From Carcharhinus longimanus (lineage: Eukaryota): DNA of 64,000 nt. Under the pieces are notes generated by a model, which made no database searches, was not told where the DNA came from, and saw only the letters and a list, made by a program, of their open reading frames with translations. Location of the stretch: positions 82,346,877-82,410,876 of the forward strand of contig JASCQW010000162.1 of assembly GCA_030264375.1 (NCBI GenBank). The letters run 5' to 3'. How positions within the stretch are numbered: position 1 is the stretch's first letter; each line of letters opens with the position of its first letter. The translations under genes were made by a program, and so were the position numbers. Of this stretch, positions 23,582-36,714 are shown piece after piece.

Positions 23582-26500
23582 ATTCATTTATGGGATGTGG
23601 GTGTCACTGGCTTGGTCGGCATTTATTGCCCATCTCTAATCTTCAGAAGATGGTGGTAAGCTGCCTCCTTAAACCACTGCAATCCCTGACACCCATAGTG
23701 CTGTCAGGGAGGGAGTTCCAGGATTTTTGATCCAGCAATCGTGAAGGGGCAATGATATATTTCCGAGTCCAGATGATGAATGACTTGAAGGGAACCTCTG
23801 CTCTTGTTCTTCTAGATGGTAGTGGTGGTCATGGGTTTGGAAGATGCAGTTTAAGGAGTCTTGATGAGTTCCTGCAGGGCATCTTGTAGATGGTACACAC
23901 TGCTGCCCTGGTGGTGAACAGAGTGAATGTTTGTGGAATGGGTAACCATCAAGCAGATTGCTTTGTCCTGGATGGATGTTGAGTTTCTCCAGTGTTGTTG
24001 GAGCTGCACTCATCCAGGCAAATGAAGAGTGTTCCACTGCCATCCTGACCTGTGCCTTGTAGATGGTAGACGTATGTTGGGGAACTGGGAGGTGTCACCT
24101 GCCGTAGGATTCCTACTGCTCTGGTAGCCGCAGTATTTATATTGCTAGTTCAGTTTCTGATCAATGGTAACCTTCAGGATGTTGGCTTGTGGTCTCAGCG
24201 ATGATGATGGCGCTCGAGTGTCAAGGGACGATAGCTAAATTCTCTTATTGGAAATTGTTTTATATGTTAACAATTGGGACTTGGATATGGGGCACAATTG
24301 GAAAATATGCAAATGACACAAATTGTCTGTGTAGTGGATAGTGTCCGAGATAGTGGAATGGGCAGGAAAGTGCAGATAAAGTTTAACTCTAAGTGTGAGG
24401 TAATGAATTTAGGGAGTCAAATTGTAAAAAGGAATACACAACAAATGGGAATATGCTGAGAAAAGCAGATGAAGTTAGACATCTTGGTGTGCAAATACAA
24501 TAGTTCCCAAAGATAGCAGTGCAGATATGGTTGTAAAGATAGCTTACCGAATGCTCTCCTTTGGTAGATGTATAAAATACAAAAGTAGAGATATAATGAT
24601 GAAACTACATGAGACACCGAGGCCACAACATGTAGTTCTGGTTACCATGTTACAGACGGATGTAATTGCTCTGGAGTGCAGAGACAATTTGCTAGAATTT
24701 TGCCGGGGATGGAGAATTGTAGTCATGAGAGAATGGAGAGTTGGAGTTGTTTTCCTTGGAACAGAGAAGGCTGAGGGGTGACATAATTGAGGTCAACAAA
24801 ATTGTGAGGGGTAGAGAGTGAGTAGAAGGAACTTGTTCCCTTGGCAAAGTGTTTGAAAGCCAGGGGATCAAGTGGCAGAAGGATTAGAGGGGACATGAGG
24901 AAAGATATCTCCAAAGATGTGTGGGATAAGTTAATTGGTCATGCTAAATTTTTCCCTTGGTGTACCTGAACAGGTGCTGGAGTGTGGTGACTAGGGGATT
25001 TTCACAGTAACTTCATTGCAGTGTTAATGTAAGCCTTACTTGTGACNNNNNNNNNNNNNNNNNNNNNNNNNNNNNNNNNNNNNNNNNNNNNNNNNNNNNN
25101 NNNNNNNNNNNNNNNNNNNNNNNNNNNNNNNNNNNNNNNNNNNNNNTTAATGTAAGCCTACTTGTGACATTAATAAAATAACAAAAGCTTTTTTTAGGCA
25201 GAGGAGGTGGGTATCTGGAATTCACTACCTGAGTTGCTGGAGGCATACACCCTAAACTTGTTTAAATAGTATCTGGATCTGAACCTTGAATGCTGTAAGT
25301 TGCCGGGCTATGGGCCAAGTGGAGAAAGATGAAATTAGAAAGGGCAGATGGGTGTCTTCAGGTCAGCATGGACAAGATGGGCCAAATAGCTGCCTCCTAT
25401 GTTGTATCATTTCTATTGTCTATGGTTCTATGGAAATAGATATCGCTTGGCATTTCTATGGCACAAATGTTATTTTTCACTTGTCAGGCCAAGCCTGGAT
25501 ATTATCCAGGTCTTGCTGCATTTAGACATGGACTGCTCCAGTGTCTGAGCAGTCATGAATGACGCTGAACACTGCAGTCATCAGTGAGTATCCACTTCTG
25601 GCCTTGTGATGGAAGAGAGGTCATTGATGAAGCAGCTGAAGATGGTTGTGCCGAGGTCAATACCCTGAGAAACACCTGCAGTGGTGTCTGGAGCTGAGTT
25701 GATTGACCTCCAGTCACCACAACCATCTTCCTTTGTGCCAGGTATTACTCCAACCAGAGGAGGATTTCCCCCTGACTCTCAGACTTCAGTTTAGCTAGTG
25801 TTCCTTAAGGCCACCACACTTGGTCAAATGCTGCCTTAATGTTGAAGGTAGTCACTCTCACCTCACTTCAAGCATTCAGCTCCTTTGTCCATGTTTAAAC
25901 CAAGGGTGTACCGAAGCCAAGAGTTGAGTGATGCTTGCAGAACCCACTAAGCATCCCTGAGTAAGTTATTGCTGCTTGATAGCATGGTTGATTGTGTTTT
26001 ACTAATGATCGCGTGTAGACTGATAGAATGGTAATTGGCCAGGTTGGATTTGTCTCTTGTGTACAGGACATACCTGGGAAATTGTTCTTGTTATTGGGTA
26101 GATGCCAGTGTTGTAGCTGAACTGGAGCAGCTAGGAATGCGGCAAGTTCTATAGCACAAGTTTTCAGTACTACTACTGGAATATTGTCAGGGCCCACAGC
26201 TTTTGCATTGTCTAGTCCTGTCAGCCATTTGTTGACATCATGTGGAATAAATTGAATTGGCTGAAGACTGACATCTGTGATGCTGAGGAGGCGGCGGCTG
26301 AGATGGACATCCACGTGGCACTCCTGGCTGAAGATCATTCTGAATGCTTCAGCCTTTTGCATTGACATGTTGGATTCAGCCATTGGGGATATTTGTGGAA
26401 CCATCTCCTCCAGTGTAGTGTTTAATTGTCCACCACCATTCATGATGTGTGTGGCAGGATTGCAGAGCTTGGATGTGATTCACTAGTTGTGGGAGCATTT

Positions 26501-27826
26501 GACTCGATCACTGGTTGCCTTTGCTGTTGATATACAGATAGTCCTGTGTTTATAGCTTCACCAAGTAGATACCTAATTTTTAGGTACACCTGGTGTTGCC
26601 CCTGGTATGTCCTTCTGTAGTCTTGAACTATGGCTGATCCCTTGGCTTGGTGGTAATGATAGTTGGGGGGACGGGGGGAATGATATTACAGGCCATGAGA
26701 TGATTGTGCTGGAGTACAATTCTGTTGCTGATGGCCCACAGCACCCCATGGATGCCCAGAGAATTGCTAGATCCATCTGAAATCTATCCTATTTAGCACT
26801 GTGCTCATGCCAAACAACACGATTGACAATATTGTCAATGTGAAGATGGGACTTTGACTCCCGCAAAGGTTGTGTTGTTCACTCCTACTGATACTGTCAA
26901 CAACAGATCCATCTGCAGCAGGCAGGTTGGTGAGGGTGAGGTTAAGTATGTTTTCCTGTCTTGGCTCCCTGACCACCTGTCATAGACTCAGTTTAGCAGC
27001 TATGTCCTTTAGGATCCGGTCAACTTCGTCTGTGGTGGTGCTACCGAACCACTCATGGTAATGGGCATTAAAATCTCCCACCCGGACTACATTATATGCC
27101 CTTGCCATCCTGAGTGCTTCCTTCAAGTGGTATTCAACACTGGGGAGTATTGATTCATCAGCTCAGATGGGGGGGAGGGAGGGTATGTGCTAATCAGCAA
27201 TATGCTTCCATGCTCGCATTTGACCTGGTTACATAAGATTTTATGGGGTCCAGAGTCAGTGTTTGGGACTCTAAAGGCAACCTCCTCTGGACTGTCTCCC
27301 ATTGTGTTACCACCTCTGGTGGCTCTGTCCTGCTGTTGGAACAGGACATACCCACAAATGTTGTTGATGGTGTCTGGGACATTATCTGTCAGGTATGATT
27401 TGAGGGTATGACTGTTGCTTGACCAATCTCCCAATTTTGGCACAAGTCCCCAGATGTTAGTAAGGAGGACTTTTCGGGGTCAGTAGGGCTGGGATTGCAG
27501 TTGTCATTTCTATGTGCCAAGGTCAAAGCTGGGTGGTCTGTCCAGTTTCATTCCTTTTTGTTTGTTTATAGCGATTGAATACAACTGCATGGCTTGCTAG
27601 ACCATTTCAAAGAGCAGTTAAGTGTTAACCAAATTACTTTGGGTCTGGAGTCACATGTAGGCCAGACTGGGTAAGAATGGCAGATTTCCTTCTGTAAAGG
27701 ATATTAGTGAACCAGATGTGATTTCTTGACAATCACACTAGCTTCATGGTCATCGTTAGAGGTCATTTGATAGACTGTTAATTCCAGGTTTTTTTAATTC
27801 AGTTTAAATTCCACCATCTCCTATGA
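23582..27826 (-). mobile_element. Near full-length decayed APE-RT non-LTR retrotransposon (CR1/L2-group-like, no visible ORF1) with nested CR1 and SINE
   Basis: APE start VLLTNIWGLVPKLG (about 27465), SYLTDNVPD, QDRATRGGNT, RQENILNLTLTNLP...SISRSE; RT KAVGPDNIPVVVLKTCAIELAA and GVSQGIDLGTTIFSCFINDL; 3' tail gggcaataaatgc...cccacatccca. Confidence 0.9.
24256..25430 (+). mobile_element. CR1 3' half nested in the LINE above and split by a B-tail SINE (24915-25180)
   Basis: FNSKCEVMNLG, YKSRDIMMKLH, CR1 3'UTR; TGGAAAT duplicated at 24249-24255 and 25431-25437. Confidence 0.8.
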
Positions 27827-28604
27827 CAGTTAACTATTTAAACTGAGCTCAGTTATTGGCAATAGTTTATTCTTGAAACCTTGATCTAAATATGCCAGTT
27901 GGGGTGGGGATGTTGGTGCGGGGCAAACGCAGTGATCCTGACGAGCCATTGCTTAAGTTATCCTAAAAGACTTGGACGATCAAGGTTGTCTTTTGTTTTA
28001 ATATCTTTTATTTAATATCATTCAGTGTGCAATGAAGCCAGGAAAGTACAATGCCCATAAGAAAGATTTAGCACTGAGGTATTGATTTGAGAGAAGGAAA
28101 AGTGCNNNNNNNNNNNNNNNNNNNNNNNNNNNNNNNNNNNNNNNNNNNNNNNNNNNNNNNNNNNNNNNNNNNNNNNNNNNNNNNNNNNNNNNNNNNNNNN
28201 NNNNNNNNNNNNNNNNNNNNNNNNNNNNNNNNNNNNNNNNNNNNNNNNNNNNNNNNNNNNNNNNNNNNNNNNNNNNNNNNNNNNNNNNNNNNNNNNNNNN
28301 NNNNNNNNNNNNNNNNNNNNNNNNNNNNNNNNNNNNNNNNNNNNNNNNNNNNNNNNNNNNNNNNNNNNNNNNNNNNNNNNNNNNNNNNNNNNNNNNNNNN
28401 NNNNNNNNNNNNNNNNNNNNNNNNNNNNNNNNNNNNNNNNNNNNNNNNNNNNNNNNNNNNNNNNNNNNNNNNNNNNNNNNNNNNNNNNNNNNNNNNNNNC
28501 CTTGCTGCTGCCGCCATCACACCTGGATTATCTCTTCATAAAAGGAATGACCTTGCATTGAGGTAGGGTCACTTGGATCCCAGCCACCTGCAGATGATAG
28601 GGCT

Positions 28605-28925
28605 GCACGGTGGCACAGTGGTTAGCACTGCTGCTTCACAGCTGCAGGAACCTGGGTTCAATTCCCGACTCGGGTCACTGTCTGTGTGGAGTTTGCACGC
28701 TCTCCTCGTCTGTGTGGGTTTCCTCCCACAGTCCAAAGATGTGCGGGTTAGGTTGATTGGCCATGCTAAAATTGCCCTGTAGTGTCCTGGGATGTTAGGT
28801 TAGAGGGATTACTGGGTCAAATATGTAGGGATATGGGGGTAGAGCCTGGGTGGGATTGTGGTCGGTGCAGACTCGATGGTCTGAAGGACCTCCTTCTGCA
28901 CTGTAGGATTCTATGGGGTTCTATA
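28605..28925 (+). mobile_element. Full-length HE1-like SINE
   Basis: cacggtggcacagtggttagcactgctgc...ggttcaattcc...ctgcactgtaggattctatg. Confidence 0.9.
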
Positions 28926-30314
28926 GTTCACTAGACCATTTACCGACAGGAAATATCAAAACTTGTGTCCTCGTAAGTATCCTTTTAAACTGGGGTCGTT
29001 GAATCTTAACTGATTTTTCTCCTCATTCCTTCTCCTCCTAACTAATTCACCTTCCTGTGCTTCCCTAAACTAGTATTGGTTTCCTGCTCGTTATGAGCTG
29101 TACAATGTTAAATTGTGGCATTATCAAATGTTAAATTGTGATGTTATCATCTGAGTGGGAAGTACACAGGGCATGGTTGAATATCTTTGGCTATTCAAGA
29201 ACAATTGGACCTTTAAGATATGCAAAGATATGAACTGCAATTGTATGTTGGTTGAATCTAGCTTGACCCATGCCTTGTTTTGCACAAGACAAATCCTGCT
29301 TGAACTTGTTTGTATCTGGAAGTTGGAACAGTGTGATAATCTGTTCGTACCATGTAAAGTTACCTAGGTTTCAGCTTGACTTGGTTGTGCTCCTGCCTAG
29401 AACTTGAAACTTTCAAGCCTTGTTCAGTTACCCAAACACTTTGTCTAGGCCAGAATTCCAGTGTGGTACTGAAATGTGCTGAAGCTGCCAAGAAAACAGA
29501 TTTCCCCGCTCGGTCATTTATTCTCTTGCTGTCCAATGCAAAAGAATTGCAGAATGGGTGTTGCATTTGCCTACCTTTTTTCCAATTATTCATTCTTGGG
29601 ATGTATATTGTTGGCAAGACGGGTATTTATTTCTCATCCCTAGTTGCCCTTGAAAATGCAGTTGTCGAGGTTGTATGTTCAATAGGTTTCATTGAATTTT
29701 GAGGCTAATTTAGTTGAACATTAATGTGTTTGTTGATGATACACATGTAATTTTATCCAGATCAAAAGGGGGCTAACGGAATTTTCTAGTCAGCAGATCT
29801 TCAGTGGCTGCAACACAGCTAAAATAAGGAGGTGGCATCCTGGCTGTAAATTGGGAGCCCAGAATCAGAGCTTTATAGAACAAAAAGAAGTGCTTCAACC
29901 CATCTTGTCTGCACTGGCCATGAAGCACCTATCTATTCTAATCCTATTTTCCAGCATTTGCTCCAGAGCCTTTAAGCATTCCTCCCACCTGCAGCTGATT
30001 TAGAAATGTTGTCATGTGCAAAGATAGCCCCTTCCGTCTGACTTCTATGAATATTTTTAATTTACAAGGTTTTAAATGTGCCAAGAGAGAGCCTCCATTT
30101 TGAGCAACCTTCCTCCCCTCTCTGACTGCATCTCCTCTAGTGCCGGAGGTCCTTCTGTTGGCCCTCCAGCCTCTGGAACCAGCCTCCCATCCTTGATTGA
30201 AAATGAACCCTCCCTATGGTGATTACTTGGCCTTTAATTCAAAAATTGGGATGTGCATGTGGTGCTCAAGCCCTGTGGTATCTGGATCCCGCTCAGAGCA
30301 CAGCAAAAATGCAG

Positions 30315-30632
30315 CCGACAGTTCAAATCCCAAGACAGCAGGTGGGGAAACTGGTTCATTTTAAAATAAATCTAGAATAAAAAGCTAGCATTAGTAATCC
30401 ATGAAAACTAATGGTCGTGAAAACTCTTCTGGTTCACTGATGTCCCTTTAGCTAAGGAACCCTATCTTCCTTATCTGAACCAGTCTGCATGCAACTTCTG
30501 ATGCACGGCAATGTGTCCTCTGGAATGCAGTAACCGCTAAGTTGTGTTCACCACTGCCTTGGAAACAATTAGGAATGAGCAATAAATGGTGACCTTGCCA
30601 GCATGGTTACACATGGCAAATGAACAAAATAT
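30315..30632 (+). mobile_element. Short bipartite derivative: B box, LINE 5' region and LINE 3' tail
   Basis: gttcaaatccc...tctggttcactgatgtcccttta... joined to caattaggaatgagcaataaatggtgaccttgccagc. Confidence 0.7.
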
Positions 30633-30688
30633 GAATGGCTACTTGTGACTCTGAAATGTCTTAAGTATTTCTTCATTAAAGACTCTAT

Positions 30689-30885
30689 GGCTGGGATTTT
30701 CCAGCTCCTCTTACTGGTGGAATCACTGTCCTGCTGAAGCTGACATCCCCTTCCTGCAGTAGGTTCCTCAGTGGCATGGCTGGTGGGCAGCACAAATGGC
30801 CACTGACTTCAGGATCCAGTCGGTCAATGGTGAGCTATCTCCGCCAAGTGCAAACCCACCGCTGCAGCGCCTGAAAACCTCAGCC
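30689..30885. mobile_element. MITE with imperfect TIRs (Harbinger-like)
   Basis: Left GGCTGGGATTTTCCAG; right CTGAAAACCTCAGCC (reverse complement GGCTGAGGTTTTCAG); similar end near 3821. Confidence 0.6.
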
Positions 30886-32632
30886 TTTGTTTACTTAAAA
30901 TTTTTCATTCATTCTTAGAGTTACAAAGCTAATGCGCAGTGTACCAGGTGGACCCAAATCCATTTCCTTGCTCCAAAAACCAAATATAAATTGAATCGAA
31001 TTCATGGTCCTCACAAAGACCCATAAGGTCCAAGCTGACAAGATGACGCATTGCACCCCATCTTGGGCTTGATCTCGGTTAAAAGGCTAAGAAGTGATGG
31101 TTTCATCCTTGCCAGGCCATTGCTAATGCAAATTTTTGAAAGCGTATTTTGCTTTTGCTAATTAAACAAGATTTTCTTCCAGTTTACTCTATGGAATAGT
31201 TTATTATTCCAATCAGGTTTGAGTTCATTTTAACTTCAGACTGATTGAAGACACTGTAGAAAATCAAATATAGCACTTGTTGATTCGTTTGAAAGTAATA
31301 ACTGTGGTGAATGTTAATTTCAATAAGTATGGACAATCCTTTCTGTAATGTCGATAATGAAAAGGTTCCTGCAGCTGAATGCCTGTTACAGTGTGTTAAC
31401 TGTGTACTTGAGACTTTTGAAATGGACCAAATGTGAGCTGCAGTGAAAAAATTAATTAAACATCATCTGGGTTTATGATATCAGCTTCTAAATGCTTGGA
31501 GATTGCAAAGAGTACACAGGATTTACTGCAGTGTATGAGGAAATTGTCATCTTACTGACACAGGAAGTAAATCGAGTCAAGTCCCACAAGGAAATGAGAG
31601 CAAGTGACATGATGTCCAATTAATTGTTCATTGTTAATTCTGATCCAGCGTTTGAGACATTACTGAGTTCCATGAAACTCAGTAGGAAGAATCTGTTGAT
31701 CCTCTTGAGGGATTAGCAAACAGACACAATGAAACCCGCAGTAGAAAGCATTTGAAAATTGCCTGTGTTACACTTGCTTAGCAGATTCAATCAAGATCAA
31801 GCTTTTGCCTCAGTTGGATAAATCTTTCATTCTTGCACAGTTTCCACAGTGTGCCTTATGATTAGAGAAATAACATGTAATAGAGGACTAAAAGAAAAAA
31901 TTATTTTTTCTTTGCTCACTACCTGCCTATGGCTGTGCCCTACCTGTAGCCTTCTCTCATTTTCCTCCCCTGTCTTCCTTTCAGTCTCCTTTCCCTTTCT
32001 CTCCTTTTTAAAAGCAGGTTGATGTATTGTTTATCCCCTACCTTCCTTGTAATCTGGATTGCACTCTGCTATTAAATGGCAATTGCCTTGGGCTTTCAAA
32101 GTCAAAAAATGAATGGACTTTGGCCAGTCACAGTGAGTTTCTAATAGGTGTTAACTTGGAGAAAAATCCTGCGAGGCTTGCCCAACTATTGTATGGGAGA
32201 CTCAGAGTGACATTCTAAGTTAAAATCTGAATTATTTAAAGTAATGAAGAGATTTGGCACAGTAGATCAGTGGAAGATGATAGATAAATGTGCACGAGGC
32301 ATGATTACCTTTTATAGTGGATAAAGATTTTTAATAAAGTTAGCATATTTGGTATGGTGTTACTGTAATTACATCTGTGACTTGTAAATGATTTCTTTTG
32401 GACTTGCTGATATCACCTGATTTCTTTCCTTCTGAATCCCAAAGATGGATTCAGTAGCAGTGACTGGAGCAACTTTTCATGTAGAAATTTGGCATTGGCA
32501 CAAAGTCACAAACCTGACTTGAACAAAACCGCATGCGAGCACATCTGACAAGCTGAGTTTCCTGGTCAGCCAGCACTGCCATGATCACTGACCTAGGGTG
32601 ATTCCCAGTCCAGCAATGCCTTGATTTTAAAA

Positions 32633-33160
32633 CCAGGCTAAAGTCCAACAGATTTATTTGGTGGCATGAGCTTTTGGAGTGCTGCCCCTTTTTCAGGTGA
32701 GTGGAGAGTTGGGTTGACAAACAGAGCATATGTAGACACAATCAATTTACAAGATAATGGTTGGAATGTGAGTCTCAACAGGTAATCAAGTCTTGCACAG
32801 ACCATGCGAGTGGAGAGAGGGTTAAATACAGGTTAAAGAGGTGTGAATTGTCTTGAACCAGGACAGGTAGTGAGATTTTGTAAGTCATGGGGGTTACAGA
32901 TAGTGTGACATGAACCCAAGATCCCGGTTGAGGCCGTCTTCATGTGCGGAACTTGGCTATCAGTTTCTGCTCAGCGATTCTGTGTTGTTGTGTGTCTTGA
33001 AGGCCGCCTTGGAGAACCCTTACCTGAAGATCAGAGGCCGAATGCCCTCGACTGTTGAAGGACTTTTAACCTGGTATCGTGAAATAAACCTGTTGGACTT
33101 TAACCTGGTGTTGAGACATTTTACTGTGCCCACCTCAGTGTAACACCGGCATCTCCACAT
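32633..33160 (-). mobile_element. Penelope-like element 3' part with inverted pLTR and 13-bp TSD, inserted in an L2 3' fragment
   Basis: Minus LQVRVLQGGLQDTQQHRIAEQKLIAKFRTHEDGLNRDLGFMSHYL*; pLTR in opposite orientations near 32633 and 33085; CTTGATTTTAAAA at 32620-32632 and 33161-33173. Confidence 0.85.
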
Positions 33161-33510
33161 CTTGATTTTAAAATTCTCAGCCTTCTGTTCAATTCCTTCC
33201 ATGAACTTGTCTGTTCTGAATTTCTGTAACCTCTATCACCACCTTGAGATCACTGCACACTTCCAGTTCTGTCCTGTTGCTCTGATTTTCTTCTCTTCAA
33301 TAATGGCCATGACTTCAGCTGATTTGGCCCCAAGCTCTGGAATTTCCTTTTTTTATTTTATAACTTTTTTTACGTTCTCCTTTTTAATAAACAATCTCAT
33401 TGATTGCTTAAGATTTTGGCCATCTCACCTAATGTTTCTTGTAGTTTGGTGTCAAATTCTGTATGGCACCATGGGGTGTTTCACATATAGGTGCTATATA
33501 AATGCAAATG
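33161..33510 (+). mobile_element. L2-like LINE 3' fragment
   Basis: cttgattttaaaattctcagcc...aagctctggaatttcc...aggtgctatataaatgcaa. Confidence 0.6.
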
Positions 33511-33659
33511 ACCAGGATATCCTAATGGGTGAGATAAATTTCTGTCCTTCTAGAGACAGTGTAACCAAACTTGGAACCTGGTTGTTTGTATTTATACTTA
33601 TTGCCAGTGGTATCAGCAACTGGGGACAAGAGGTTAAAGCCTCAGTAATAGGGAGTCTT

Positions 33660-34150
33660 GATCATAGAATCTTAAAGTGCAGAAAGCCATTTGGCCCATT
33701 ACATATGCACCAACCACAATCCCATCTAGGTCCTATCCCCATTACCCCACACTAAGGGGCAATTTAGCATGGCTAATCCACCTAACCAGTACATCTTTGG
33801 ACTGTGGAGGGGAAACCAGAGCACCTGGAGGAAATACATAAGACACGAGGAGAACATGTAAACGCCACACACAGTGACCTGAGCCAGGAATCAAACCTGG
33901 ATCCCTGGCGTTGAGGCAGCAGTGCTAACCACTGTGCCACCATGCCGCCCATATCCTTACAAAGTTGAAATTCATAAAATGATAGAATCCCTACTGTGTT
34001 GAAGGAGGCCATTTAGCCCATCAAGTCTGCACAACTCTGACAGAGCATCCAGTCAATCCCAGTTACCATGCATGTTTACCCAGCAAATCCCCCTAACCTA
34101 CACATTTTGGCACATCTTGGCACACTTTAACATGATCAATTCACATCTTT
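33660..34150 (-). mobile_element. Two HE1-like SINE copies
   Basis: catagaatc tails near 33663 and 33981; head gtgctaaccactgtgccacc near 33922. Confidence 0.8.
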
Positions 34151-34989
34151 GGAAGTTGGGGCAGATTGTTGAATAATGTAGTGGAAACTATTTTCTGCAT
34201 GTATGTTCTCTTTGGCTGTGCGATGAAAGTTTCTTTGTTCAAATATGCTTCATTTTGAGTGAGAACTTCAACGTTTGGGTGGATTGTTTAGTGAATACTA
34301 TGAATAATGTATTATCTGTGTAAAGAGTTTGACCATGATCTGGAATAGCTGGAAATTCCTTTGGCTGGAGAGATGCTAAACTACAGCATTGTTGAATGAT
34401 GGAACTGATGTTTAAGCTGAGGAAACATAAACACACTGAAAAATTTCAAAAGAAATGTAAACTGCTGCGAGAAAAGGTGAAAACGATGTGTTTCGGGAAG
34501 TAAAGCACTTGAATCAGAGGTGTACATAATCAGCATAAAAATTGGCATTATTCCTTCCATTTGTCTGCAAACAGCAGATAAGTGAAGGGAGGTAGAGGAG
34601 CAACATTAATAATATAACCTCTATCGATAAAGCAGAAATGACAGATGTCAGAAACCATTTTTGGTTTAAAAGTTTGATTGAATCTTACTGCTTATTGACT
34701 GCTATTTAGCCAGAAAATGTATGTGTGCGCAAAGAATAATTTGCTAATCATAAGATACTTCAGGGTTAGCCTTTACTCATAGGTTCAAAATCAACAATGA
34801 AAGCAGAAATGGTTTAACAGAGGTAAACAATCAATAAACTTGGTTATGGGGGTATTGCAAAGAATAGGACTATCTGGATTGCTCTACGGTGGCCAGTATA
34901 GTCTTGATTAGCCAAATGGCTTCTTCCTGTGCAATAATGACTCTGACTAAACTAGTAGGTGGTTCTGAGCAGCAAGGTGTAATCAGGCT

Positions 34990-35340
34990 TTCTACACAGG
35001 AGAAGGTTATTCAAGCCTGCTCTGCCACTTGATATGATCATGGGTGATCAGATACTTTTGCGCACACACTATCCACGTAACCTTTTTACGTTGTTGATCA
35101 GAAATCTATCAATCTCTGCTTTAAACTTTCTCAATGACTGAGCTTCCACAGCACTCTGGACAGAGATTTCCAAAAGTTTCTACTGTAAAGAAATTTCTCC
35201 CCACCTTAGTCCTTAGTTTGAAATTGTGCTGCCTGGTTCTAGACTCTTCAGCCAAGGGAAAAATCTTGCCTGCATCTACCCTATCTATTCCTTTTGAAGT
35301 ATTTTGTAGCTTTGGATGATATCATCCCTCGTTCCTCGAA
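34990..35340 (-). mobile_element. CR1 3' end
   Basis: caagcctgctctgcca...aatctatcaatctctg...cctggttctagactc. Confidence 0.7.
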
Positions 35341-35344
35341 AGAG

Positions 35345-36530
35345 ACTATTGGGAACTCCTGGGAATACTGGATTGCAGAAGAACCTAGAAGCAAATGAAA
35401 CCAGGGTTCTAGGTTACCACTATTTAGCTGTAAGGCCAAAGGGAATTGAGTTTGGCAGTTTCTGTTGAACCCTTGGTGGACACTAATGCACAGTATTACC
35501 CTTGGTACTAAGTTGGCATTCTTAGCCAGGGAAACTACAGGATTGGTGGTTTAAAAAGAAATGTGGGAAAATGAAGCCTTAGTGTAACTATGTGATCCCT
35601 CTTGAGGCTGTACTTGATGAACCCATGTTGCTGGGGTTATAACTGAGCGCTGGGTGAAAGTGAGTTTCATTCCCCAAAACTAACTGCACATGCCTGGCCA
35701 TTCACAATACTCTCACACACCACAATTGTGAAGGTAAAGGTGCAAACTGACGAAAGATAATATCTTGGTGCAGTGAGGAGACTTGTGAAAAGAATCGAAC
35801 AACAATTGCAAATAAGGTTGAGCTTTTAGAAAAGTGTTTGAATGCCTTTTGAGCAAAGGAAGGAAACTAGCAAGAGCAGGTTCACCGGGCTGAGAGGGGG
35901 TCAGGAATATCCCAGTGGACAAACAGAACGCTTTTTTTAAACAAACCTGAAAAGCATCGAAACATGAATGCTGGAATTGCATAAGAATCCATTGAGAATT
36001 GTGTGAGAAGAGATGAGAGGAAATTATTAAGCCATATGTCAATTGTAGCTAAAGGAAGCCAAGTAAATTTCCCAATCTGCAAAGTGAGCTAACTGCCATA
36101 GCTCCTTTTTATTGGGGAGAAGCTGAGTGCCCATATTATGGGCAACCAGGAAATTGGGAGTGTTAAATCAATGGTTTGCCAGCTTAAATGAACAAGGACA
36201 TTGAGCAAGTCCTTCCCACTCGAGTGGGAAGTACGCTCGATAGAAATTCCAGTGTACTTGTGGCATGCTTTGCCAAAGAGCAGATGCAATGGGCCAAATT
36301 CCAGTGTGTTCCCAGCATTTCCTAATAATTGTTCTGACAACCATGAGCAGGGTGTACCTGATTATCCAATAGGTTCTGTAAGTGGGTGCAGCTTCCCACA
36401 AGGGTAGATGACATTGGGAACTTATCCCTGACAAAAAGTCACTTGGACCAATGGGATACATTATCATTCTATTAGAATTATGGTAATATTATGATGTGAC
36501 CATTGTGTTATCCAATAAAATTGAGATTGT
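35345..36530 (+). mobile_element. Possible highly decayed Gypsy-like gag/pro remnant
   Basis: KHECWNCIRIH*ELC (degenerate zinc knuckle) near 35960; later SV-INGLPA-like and VPDYPIG-like protease context; many stops. Confidence 0.3.
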
Positions 36531-36714
36531 AACAGGAAATACTGACTATTTCACATTCATAAATATTTTTACAAATTCCCACTGTTGGAAGTCATTAATT
36601 GGTCCAGGTCTGATGTAAACGTAACATGGTTGCATACTGCTGTGTACCAATGCTCAGTTAAGTTTCAGATGGTAAAACTAGTCTATTGTTCGACAGGATG
36701 GGGATGTTGCTAGT

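Noticed and set aside
28068-28566. ORFs spanning N-runs
   Set aside because: Open only because gap bases translate as X.
28605-28680. tRNA gene
   Set aside because: A and B boxes are present but continue into a SINE body; the same applies to all other tRNA-like heads here.
33162-33755. 197-aa hydrophobic ORF, the longest in the track
   Set aside because: Runs through T-rich L2 3' sequence and into a SINE; a compositional artefact.
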